A stretch of DNA of 64,000 nucleotides from Candidatus Woesearchaeota archaeon (GTDB taxonomy: Archaea; Nanobdellota; Nanobdellia; Woesearchaeales; GW2011-AR9). The stretch covers positions 458,908-522,907 of the forward strand of contig CAMAVK010000001.1 in assembly GCA_945861715.1 (NCBI GenBank). The letters run 5' to 3'. The notes under the pieces are model-generated. The model was not told the DNA's origin. It did no database searches and saw only the letters and a list, made by a program, of their open reading frames with translations. Numbering within the stretch: position 1 is the stretch's first letter; every line of letters starts with the position of its first letter. A program made the translations under genes and the position numbers. Shown piece after piece: positions 9,912-19,000 of this stretch.

Positions 9912-12077
9912 TTATAATATCGGACTTCCATTTGCTACTCCGTCCACTCGTATTGCAACCCCATTACTCTCAAGAACCGCTCCTTCAAACACCACAGTAT
10001 CCCCAAGCGTTACAAGTCCTATTTTCTTAAACTCATCATAGGTAATCAGCGTTGAAGAAACAACAAATCCTCTAGGTGCAACAGCTTCACCAATCTTTAA
10101 CCCAGGAGCTCCAAGAAATGAGATTGCAGTTTTTCCATCAGCAATCATAACCATTGCTTCACTCATCTCACCACGCAATTTCGCAGGCTTCAGCGACAAA
10201 CAAAACACTGCCTCAAGTCCTATCAACTGTTCAACTGATCTATCCTTACGTAACCCCGCAACAACTTGCTTACGTCCACGTGCTCCAAAATCAACAGATA
10301 ATACATACAAACTATCGGCGTTCGAGTGCGCCCGAACATCCACAATTTTCCCAACACACAAATCGAGCGGAAATTTTTTCTCACAAGGGATAGTCTCTAT
10401 CTTAACTGCCAACATTTCTGGTTCAAACAACTGTCCTTTGAAGTGAAAAGAAATATCACTCCATTTCAAACCATGCCCACTGACATCATCGCACTCCCCA
10501 ACAGCTCGATAAACCTTTTGTGAAAATGTGGGAACAATCGGACTCACAATTATAGCAAGATTTCGAGCTAGATTCACACAAAATCCAACAATTGCTTTTG
10601 TTTGAGGATCATTCTTTGTCTTCCATGGCTCCGCTTTTTGGAACATACTGTTCCCAATATCAGATAACCGTAAAATCAACTGCACCGCTGATTTGAAATC
10701 CAAATGCAAATATTTGTCTTTGATTTCAGCAATAAGTGCATCTACCTGGAGTTGTTCTCCACGTGGTATACCCACATGTTCAATAATTCCATAATTTTTT
10801 TGTGCAAATGTGAGAGTTCGATAACAAAAGTTAGCCACATTTCCTAAATATACATTATTATTTACTGCCTGTAAATTCGCAAATGACAAATCAATATCTG
10901 ACACGCTCGTATCTAAGTGTGATGCATAGTAAAATCGAAGTGACTCGCAAGGAAATAATTTTAAAAAGTCATCTGCGGTATAAAACGTACCACGTGACTT
11001 ACTCATTTTCTGACCATTAACTGTGATAAACCCATGCGTTGAAATACGCGGAAAGGGAATTCCCATCCCTCGCAACATCGCAGGCCAAAATAAATAATGA
11101 AAATAAACGATATCTTTACCTATCAGGTGATGAGCAACTCCTCGTTGAAAATAATCCTGCCAGGTAGGGTTCTCTTGATTATGAATTGACCTTCCTTCAC
11201 CCACTCCTCGCGCTCCTCCTCCAACTCCAATGGCAGATCCATATTTAGTATCAAGGAAATTTTTTGTAGATGAAATATATCCAACAGGGGCGTCGAGCCA
11301 TACATAGAAATATTTCTTTTCTCCCATTTCTTCAAGAGATCCTGGAATTTCAAAACCAAAATATGGTCCATCTCGTGATATACACCAATCTTCAAGACCT
11401 TTATTCATCCAATCAGCAAGCCAGTTTTTAATCTCTTTTTGAATGCCAGATTCGCGTGATGCAACCCAAGTAGATAACTCATCAAAAAAAGAGCTTAACC
11501 GAAAAAAGTAGTGCTTTGAGTCCTTAGCTATTGGTCGTCCTTTAACACTATTACATAACGTGCAATAAGGATTAATCAAATCAATGCCTTTCAACACCGA
11601 TGAACATTTCTCACACACATCCCCATATTGATCTGTTGCTTGACATTTTGGACATTCACCTTTCACAAATCTGTCTGGAAGTGAGCGAGCACAATGTTCG
11701 CAATACACTACTTTCATCGAAGATACATAAATATGTCCGCGAGCTCGTAATTCTCTAAAAAAATATTCTGCTAATTCTTTATTCTCCTTTGAGTTAGTAT
11801 GATAATAATTATCAAATGAAATTCCATACTGAGTAAATGTTTTTTGATGTTCTAGCCAGTATTTTTCCGCAAATTCGGCAGCACCAATTCCCGCTTTAGC
11901 TGCATTAATCTCTATTGGTGTCCCATGCATATCTGAGCCACAAATAAAAAGAGTATCATTTCCTATCAGTCGAGAAAATCGTGCATGTATGTCTGTCTGA
12001 ATAAAACCCAACATATGCCCAATATGAATTGAGCCGTTTGCATACGGAAGCGCATATGTTATGAGATGTCGTTGCAT
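9912..12077 (-). CDS. metG: Methionyl-tRNA synthetase with an appended C-terminal tRNA-binding (Trbp111/EMAP-like) domain
   Basis: HIGH motif (SIHIGHMLGF). KMSKS motif (KMSKSRG). Zinc knuckles (CEHCARS...CPKCQ...CEKC...CTLC). C-terminal OB-fold domain (LDLCVGKIVDVRAHSNADSLYVLSVDFG...). Confidence 0.92.
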   Translation of the reverse strand: MQRHLITYALPYANGSIHIGHMLGFIQTDIHARFSRLIGNDTLFICGSDMHGTPIEINAAKAGIGAAEFAEKYWLEHQKTFTQYGISFDNYYHTNSKENKELAEYFFRELRARGHIYVSSMKVVYCEHCARSLPDRFVKGECPKCQATDQYGDVCEKCSSVLKGIDLINPYCTLCNSVKGRPIAKDSKHYFFRLSSFFDELSTWVASRESGIQKEIKNWLADWMNKGLEDWCISRDGPYFGFEIPGSLEEMGEKKYFYVWLDAPVGYISSTKNFLDTKYGSAIGVGGGARGVGEGRSIHNQENPTWQDYFQRGVAHHLIGKDIVYFHYLFWPAMLRGMGIPFPRISTHGFITVNGQKMSKSRGTFYTADDFLKLFPCESLRFYYASHLDTSVSDIDLSFANLQAVNNNVYLGNVANFCYRTLTFAQKNYGIIEHVGIPRGEQLQVDALIAEIKDKYLHLDFKSAVQLILRLSDIGNSMFQKAEPWKTKNDPQTKAIVGFCVNLARNLAIIVSPIVPTFSQKVYRAVGECDDVSGHGLKWSDISFHFKGQLFEPEMLAVKIETIPCEKKFPLDLCVGKIVDVRAHSNADSLYVLSVDFGARGRKQVVAGLRKDRSVEQLIGLEAVFCLSLKPAKLRGEMSEAMVMIADGKTAISFLGAPGLKIGEAVAPRGFVVSSTLITYDEFKKIGLVTLGDTVVFEGAVLESNGVAIRVDGVANGSPIL

Positions 12078-12265
12078 AGTGTATCAAATGAACAGCTAAG
12101 AAACATACTTTATAAACATTTCATATGACTTTTTCTACACTTGAAATAACTCAAAAATTAAAATAGTGTATATCCCTCTTCCACTAAATTTCTTTCTCTT
12201 CCCTCTCTAAAAAACCCTCCCAAGTTGCCGACACATATATATACCATAATTAACCTCTTCCACCT

Positions 12266-13573
12266 ATGAATCAGTACAAGGTGATAATGCTAAGTATAGC
12301 TCTACTTATGCTAAGCACAAGCCTTATTTATTCCATCACCATCATCTCACTAACCGGTGCTGCAACCGATTCTGCCGGTACTGTCGGTTTTTGCAAAGTT
12401 CTCTATCCACGTTTAGACACCATTCCCAATCAAATAGGTTATGTCGGAACACCTTTCACTTATCCAGTCAATGTAAGCCCAGATTGTGGGGAGAGAATTA
12501 CCTTCTCCGGAGTACCGGTTCCTGATCTCTCCTCATTTCATATTAACTCCTCAACTGGTGTCATTGATATAACTCCTCAAGCAGGCGAAGAAGGTGTGTA
12601 TGATCTCAACATCTTCGTGGTAAAAAATGGGTTCGCATTAAACACGACTGTCTTTACATTTACTATCTTAGGAACCATTCGACCAACCAATTTTACGTGC
12701 ATAAAAAACACAACCAACTCCAGTAGAGTATACCTTAATTGGGATAACGTATCCACTGCATCATATTACAAAATCTATTACGCAACCAACATCTCCCAAG
12801 TCGCAAATATGACCTCAAACACCAGTCTGGGCAGCAATGTCAGTACCATATCATTACTTAATCAAAGTGAGTGGAGCGACAACAACCATCTTGGTGTCTT
12901 AAGGCGTTATTACACTGTTGTGGCTGTAGTAAACGGAACCGAAGGATACTCAGACGAACCAGTTTGTGGAAAAATCACCTATCAATACACCGCACCAGTT
13001 TCTAGCACCTATGGTACATTAGCCTCAAACCGTATTGTCCATTATCTCAACACCACAATGGACGCAGAAACGTGGCTTCAAGAAATTCCAGAAGGAAATA
13101 ATCCTACTATCTCTCGATTGGATAAATCAAACGCCTCAGGTGAGTATTATACAACCCATGTTCGTGGTCTACTCGATGGAAACAATTTCAATGTTGATCC
13201 AACCATTGGATATTTAATCACCACAGACAACTATTATAATCAAACCGTAGTCGGAAAAATATATCGACCTCCCTATAATATCAGCTACGACGCCCCTGTC
13301 TCAACGGTGTATGGAACACTTGCTTCAAACGCCAGAGGACCGCATGATAGCATCAAATATTATTATGCTGAAACATTTTTACAAGAAATCCCTGCCGGAC
13401 TCAACCCAACCGTATCACGTTTAGATAAGGGTAATGCCGAAGGAGAATATCTAACAACTCACGTGCGTGGTTTAGATGATGGAAATAATTTTTATATGCA
13501 GCCAGGAATTGGATACCTCATAACCACAGATGGATATTATAATCACTCCACCTGTAGCATGTGTTTTAGATAA
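12266..13573 (+). CDS. Secreted protein: Ig-like domain, FN3-like domain, then two tandem ~100-aa repeats
   Basis: Signal/TM peptide VIMLSIALLMLSTSLIYS. FN3-like segment (RPTNFTCIKNTTNSSRVYLNWDNVSTASYYKIYYAT). Repeats PVSSTYGTLASN...TISRLDKSNASGEYYTTHVRGLLDGNNF... and PVSTVYGTLASN...TVSRLDKGNAEGEYLTTHVRGLDDGNNF.... Confidence 0.55.
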   Translation: MNQYKVIMLSIALLMLSTSLIYSITIISLTGAATDSAGTVGFCKVLYPRLDTIPNQIGYVGTPFTYPVNVSPDCGERITFSGVPVPDLSSFHINSSTGVIDITPQAGEEGVYDLNIFVVKNGFALNTTVFTFTILGTIRPTNFTCIKNTTNSSRVYLNWDNVSTASYYKIYYATNISQVANMTSNTSLGSNVSTISLLNQSEWSDNNHLGVLRRYYTVVAVVNGTEGYSDEPVCGKITYQYTAPVSSTYGTLASNRIVHYLNTTMDAETWLQEIPEGNNPTISRLDKSNASGEYYTTHVRGLLDGNNFNVDPTIGYLITTDNYYNQTVVGKIYRPPYNISYDAPVSTVYGTLASNARGPHDSIKYYYAETFLQEIPAGLNPTVSRLDKGNAEGEYLTTHVRGLDDGNNFYMQPGIGYLITTDGYYNHSTCSMCFR

Positions 13574-13621
13574 AGAAAAGTATATACACCCCCAAAGAAA
13601 AAATAAACTTCCGGTGAAATC

Positions 13622-14749
13622 ATGAAAAGACAACACACAAACATCAATTATCATCGCACAAATATCAATTATCATCATCTAACTTTATTTCTAACTCTAT
13701 TTCTGATTTTACTCATTCCTGATGTATTAGCCACCAGTAAACCAATCTCAAGCACCCTGCAGTTTCCAAGTGGTTCTATCCACTCAGTGCCAATTACTGT
13801 TCACGCCCAAGCAACCGGAACGGGTACTCCTCAAGAATGTATCACCAACCCTCTTGTGTACACTGGAGAGAAAGGAAGTTTTGCAACTAATTTAGATAAT
13901 CTCATAATTAAAAGTGCACCCTCCCTTCGTTGCAATGGACTATGGTCAATTGGAGATAAAATCTGGTATAGCTATACCCTCAACAATCAAGAGTATTCAT
14001 CGCCTGTTGACACCATTAAATCAGGAACCGGCTTACAAGTTCTTATACCAATGGATGTTGGTCCCCTTGTACCAAACCCTTCATCACCCCCTGGATCATC
14101 CCCTGGTAGTTCAAATGAAAACACTAACCCCTCCTCCCCCAATCCTACCACTCCACCCAACGCTGACAATAATGGCAAAATCACAGCATCGCCAGACGCA
14201 TCAACTATTGAATTATTACTTCAATCGACACCCATTGACGACATCGTAAAGGTAACTGTATTTGGCCGAGTAACAAAAGGTGATCTCACAACCGCTACAA
14301 TTCGCATCGAACTACGAAGAATGCCAGACAATAAATTAGTTGATTATAGGGAAGTTGAATCCTCATTTCCATCAACAACAGAAGTAAATTTTGATGTCTC
14401 TCAAATCAAATCTGGTTTATACCAAGTCCAAGCCACTGCTCTACAAAACGGAGTCATTATTGCCGCTTCAGCCCCTGATACATTCACCCTTCGTAGACCT
14501 AATGAAGAGATACCTGCAAAATCAAATCTTGGTGGCATGGCAATAGCATTAAAAAATAATACTTCCTCACTTTTAGACAGCCCCTATCTTGCACTAGCCT
14601 CATACTTTATCTCATTTTTCCTCATACTTATTGCGCTCCTACTTTTCATGTACAAAAGGCGACACTACGCAACACCAATCCCAGTAGAAATAATCGGGGA
14701 AACAGTTGAACAATCAGGGAAATCAGAGAAAACAATCACCAAAAAATAA
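13622..14749 (+). CDS. Surface protein with a conserved two-cysteine N-terminal module, a P/S-rich linker, an Ig-like domain and a C-terminal TM anchor
   Basis: Signal peptide LTLFLTLFLILLIPDVLA. N-terminal module TSKPI...QECITNPLVYTGEKGSFATNLDNL...CNGLWSIGDKIW...SGTGLQVLIP, shared with the 16077 protein. C-terminal ALASYFISFFLILIALLLFMYKRRH. The true start is probably internal because the first 20 codons are a low-complexity NINYH repeat. Confidence 0.55.
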   Translation: MKRQHTNINYHRTNINYHHLTLFLTLFLILLIPDVLATSKPISSTLQFPSGSIHSVPITVHAQATGTGTPQECITNPLVYTGEKGSFATNLDNLIIKSAPSLRCNGLWSIGDKIWYSYTLNNQEYSSPVDTIKSGTGLQVLIPMDVGPLVPNPSSPPGSSPGSSNENTNPSSPNPTTPPNADNNGKITASPDASTIELLLQSTPIDDIVKVTVFGRVTKGDLTTATIRIELRRMPDNKLVDYREVESSFPSTTEVNFDVSQIKSGLYQVQATALQNGVIIAASAPDTFTLRRPNEEIPAKSNLGGMAIALKNNTSSLLDSPYLALASYFISFFLILIALLLFMYKRRHYATPIPVEIIGETVEQSGKSEKTITKK

Positions 14750-14773
14750 TCAACCAAAAATAACATCTTCCCC

Positions 14774-15757
14774 CTAACATGCAGGAGTTACTTGATACGA
14801 AATAGGAATTTTTTCATTATGAAAATATAATTCCATCTGGGTATAATCAGTAATCACATCAAGCGGTGTAGGGTCAATAATAGTTACAGATAAAACATAT
14901 TCTGTTCGTTCGAGAAGTTCTTCGATTGTGTCAGGCGCGCCATCCCAACAACCAGTATTGATATGATTCAGCCATGTCTGTACTACTCCACGAGGTCTAT
15001 CCATCAAAAAATCAGGCATCATCATTTCCTCTCTAGGATCATAAACAAAGTGGGGACGAAACGTAGTAGAATATTTCAAATCTTTCAAATACATTTCTAA
15101 AAACGAGACATCCTTACATCTTCGCATTAATTGTTCCAATTCTCCATACGTATCCGCGAGCACCATATTTGTGGATTCAAACATTTCCTTTGTCAATAAC
15201 CACGGTGTACCAGGATTAAGCTCATCCATCCACTGCAACAAATGATACAATTCAACTCGTGCATATTTCGAACCAACTTTTGGAAGGGCAGGTAATCCAA
15301 GCATACAAGAAAGACCTCCTTCCTGTCTGGTTTGTACTGGTCGTAAAATTCCAACCCCATATGTTAAAATTTCGAATGCTTGCGCCACACTTGACCACAT
15401 TGGATGTACTCCTCGGCGAAGTCGAATTCCCCCAGGCCTAATATGCCTTGGATCGTGATACAAATATTCATTGCAAAGATTAACGCCACCATTTGAAAAA
15501 AACCACCCTTCTACATCCTTCTGCGATAGGACCCATGCAGGTGTTCCCTCAGGAAAAACAATTTCTGCAGCCACCGGTGTCGGGTGATGGCGCACAATGT
15601 TTCCGTTGCCAATCAACATGTCAAAATCTTTCGTTAAAATTCGATAAGGGGCGTGTTTTGGATGTTCTGGAAAAACAAATTGGTTCATATCACTTTTTTC
15701 TAATCCATATTTAAAAATCAATTCTCCTATTATGTCATTGTTCCAAAAATGGAACAA
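14774..15757 (-). CDS. Hypothetical cytoplasmic protein (327 aa) embedded in the surface-protein cluster
   Basis: Long ORF with coherent composition. No motif I can assign. Possibly a glycan or surface-modification enzyme by context only. Confidence 0.3.
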   Translation of the reverse strand: MFHFWNNDIIGELIFKYGLEKSDMNQFVFPEHPKHAPYRILTKDFDMLIGNGNIVRHHPTPVAAEIVFPEGTPAWVLSQKDVEGWFFSNGGVNLCNEYLYHDPRHIRPGGIRLRRGVHPMWSSVAQAFEILTYGVGILRPVQTRQEGGLSCMLGLPALPKVGSKYARVELYHLLQWMDELNPGTPWLLTKEMFESTNMVLADTYGELEQLMRRCKDVSFLEMYLKDLKYSTTFRPHFVYDPREEMMMPDFLMDRPRGVVQTWLNHINTGCWDGAPDTIEELLERTEYVLSVTIIDPTPLDVITDYTQMELYFHNEKIPISYQVTPAC

Positions 15758-15828
15758 TTAACCCAAAAATAAAATAATTATTTCAAAAAAGGAACATTTA
15801 AAAAGGCAAAACCCCGAACCAAGCCTAA

Positions 15829-16080
15829 ATGCCTGCAGTACTTGATGGACTATTGGATAAAAAGACCGCATCATTACTGAAAGTTCTTTTAAAAAATAAA
15901 GACGAAATATACCATCTCCACTCTCTTTCTAGGGCGTCAAAAGTACCCGTCTCCTCTACTTCTAGAATTGTAACTAAACTAATCAAATTAGATCTGATAA
16001 CAACAAGAAAAGTCGGCAATATGGTCCTATTCCAAGCATCAAATTCTGAAAAAGCAAAATTGGTGGGTGATTTGCTATGA
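15829..16080 (+). CDS. Small winged-helix (MarR/ArsR-like) transcriptional regulator
   Basis: 83 aa. Helix-turn-helix region IYHLHSLSRASKVPVSSTSRIVTKLIKLDLITTRK followed by a beta-wing (VGNMVLFQ). Its TGA stop overlaps the start of the giant surface-protein gene (ATGA). Confidence 0.5.
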   Translation: MPAVLDGLLDKKTASLLKVLLKNKDEIYHLHSLSRASKVPVSSTSRIVTKLIKLDLITTRKVGNMVLFQASNSEKAKLVGDLL

Positions 16081-19000
16081 GTCAATCCACTAAGTCTACC
16101 AAAACCGTACTCCGCCTAAGTTTATTCATAATCATCCTCCTCCTCACATCAGCAACCGTACTCGCAGCTACAAAACCTATTGCTGGCTATATTTTCAAAA
16201 CAGACGGAACAACAGTGGCACCAAACGCGAGCGTACGAGTCTACGTAAACCAAGCTTCCGTGAGTGCAGCAAACCCGTGCTACACAAACCCTGCTGTTCT
16301 CTCCGGTGTAGATGGTTCATGGTCTACTAATCTCGCAAATTTGAAGCGAGCAGATAATGGGAATGATTGCTCTGGATTTTGGGCAACAGGGGATGCAATA
16401 TGGGCAAACGCCATTGGCCAAAACGTAACTCCTGAACACGGAAACCTTTCCACTGCAAATACAACCATCGCATCAGGAACCGGACTCCAGTATCTCTCAA
16501 ACGTTAGTCTCCCTGCAGGGCCGGATCGAATCGCACCAGTAATTCGTCTCATCGCCCCACCAAACGCCACCAACAACACCAACGGCTCCATCCTCTTTCA
16601 ATACAATGTAACCGATGACAGTCTCATTAGTAATTGTAGTGTACTATTCAACGGTACAATAAATACGACAAATACCTCTATAACCAGAAACATCACCATG
16701 AACTTCAGCCTCACCAATATTGCTGATGGCCACTATAATTGGTCTGTTGGATGTTATGATAACGTTACAAATTATAACACCAGTATTGAGACATGGTTCC
16801 TAAACGTATCGAAAGTAGGTCATTATAACTTAAGTCTTGTAACCCCGACGTCCAACACCAGCGTTGAACAGAATCAATTTTTTACTTTTACTATGCAAGT
16901 GAAATGTTATGATGGAAGCTGTGGTGATACAAATGCAAGTCTTGACCCTATTATTCTTGGTGAAGATCAAACAATTGTCTCCCAGAACAAATTTCACTCA
17001 CAAGGATTCTTTGAAAAAATATGGTCTTACTTCGCTGAATTCTTTTCAGGGAATCTCATCACCGGGCAAGTAACAGGTGCGCTCGTTCCCATGGTACCAA
17101 CCACACCATTTTACACTAATATGTCAAACCCTATGAACCTAAGTAATGTAAGTTGTCTAGCTAATATGGCTCAAAATAGCGCATGCAACGTAACATGGTA
17201 TGTCAACGCGTCAGGTCCTGTTGGGACCGTAGCAGAGTTCTGGGCATTTACTAACTCTACCATATACACCGCGCTGAACAATGAGACTCCACATTTATTT
17301 ATCAGTATAGTTGAATCAATCCCACCTGCTATTATTAATTACACTCCTCGAGGAGAGACTTTTAATGTCACCCAATTAATAGAAATCAGTCTTAACACCA
17401 CCGACCCCCAAAACATATCTTTTGTAAAAGCAAACATTACATATCCTAATGCAACCGTTGACCTAATTAATCTTACTCGTGTGGGTACTACCGATAAATA
17501 CAACAGCAGTTACACCATCCCGCCAAGAACTGGGTTCTACCTAATCAAATTTTGGGTAAATGATACAGGAAACAACATCAACGGAACAACTCAAACAAAT
17601 TTCACAGGTCAAGATATTGTCCCTCCTAACGTTACCACCCTCCTCCCTGCAATTTCAACAAGCTACAACACATCCCAAATAATTCAAATATCACTTAACG
17701 CAACTGACGTAACAAATATCAGCACAACGTTTGCCACCATCACTTCACCCAACAGCACCAAAACAAACGTCACCCTAAGTCGCCAAGGCACTACATACAA
17801 ATACAATGGAACCTACACTGTTCCTCCCCGCATTGGCACATTCAACATTACCTTCTTTGCAAATGATAGTAAAAATAATATCAACAATAGTGAAGTTTCA
17901 AACTTCACGGTACTCGATGGCGAATATCCTCGCCTAGCAACCATTGTAGAAGCCCCAACTGACCCGGCAACATACGTATATAATCAAACATATTTTTTCA
18001 ACATTACTATCACTGACAATATTGGAATAAACAATGTTATCATGCAATTCAATAACACAAATTACACCGCAGAAATAAAAAATCAAAGCACCATTTTTCA
18101 ATTCAACATCTCAGATCTCGCAGCCGCAACATACAATTATGTCTGGTATGCAAATGACACCAGTGGCTACATCAATTCTACTTCCTCTACCTACACCATC
18201 AGCAAAGCATCATCAACTGTAAATCTAACTTTATATGGAAATGATAGTAACACCAATATCAGTGTAAACACACCAGTTAACCTAAGCGGGGTACGAATCG
18301 CCGGTGATGGACAAATAGAATTACTTCAAAACGGATCCGTTCTCTCACTTGGCAATACAAGTACCTCCTCGAACCAAACCTATACCACGCTAACTTCATA
18401 TAATATCAGCATTCGACACAATTCTACTCAAAATTTCACTGCAAGTCAAGAAGATCATGTCCTCGCAATAAAGGATTATATTTCACCAAACGTCACCCTT
18501 GTAACCGTAAACGCTTCAAGCGTCAATCAAACGCAACATGTCAGAATAAACGCAACGATAATTGACAATCTTCAAATTGATTCCATTAAAACACAAATTT
18601 GGTTCCCCAACGGATCGGTCCAAAATTTCACCATGAATAACATCAGCTCTTCGTTTAATACCACCTATATCACAATTCTCACATCAAACATAGGAAACCA
18701 CACTGCACAAATTCTAGCTAACGATACCTCCGGAAATAGAAATACCACTCAAAACGTAAGCTTTTGGGTGTATGACATAACTCCACCTGCAGTTACTTTA
18801 CTCATACCCGCAAATCAAACTACTCTAGGAAATGGGACTACTATCCAATTGTCATCAACAACGACAGATAATATCGCAATATCGAGTACATATGCAAATA
18901 TTACTTACCCAAATAATTCCATTCAATCTATCCCCCTCACACTTACCACCGCATCAAAATATAATTCATCCTTGCTTCTAGGTCAACAAACAGGAATTTA

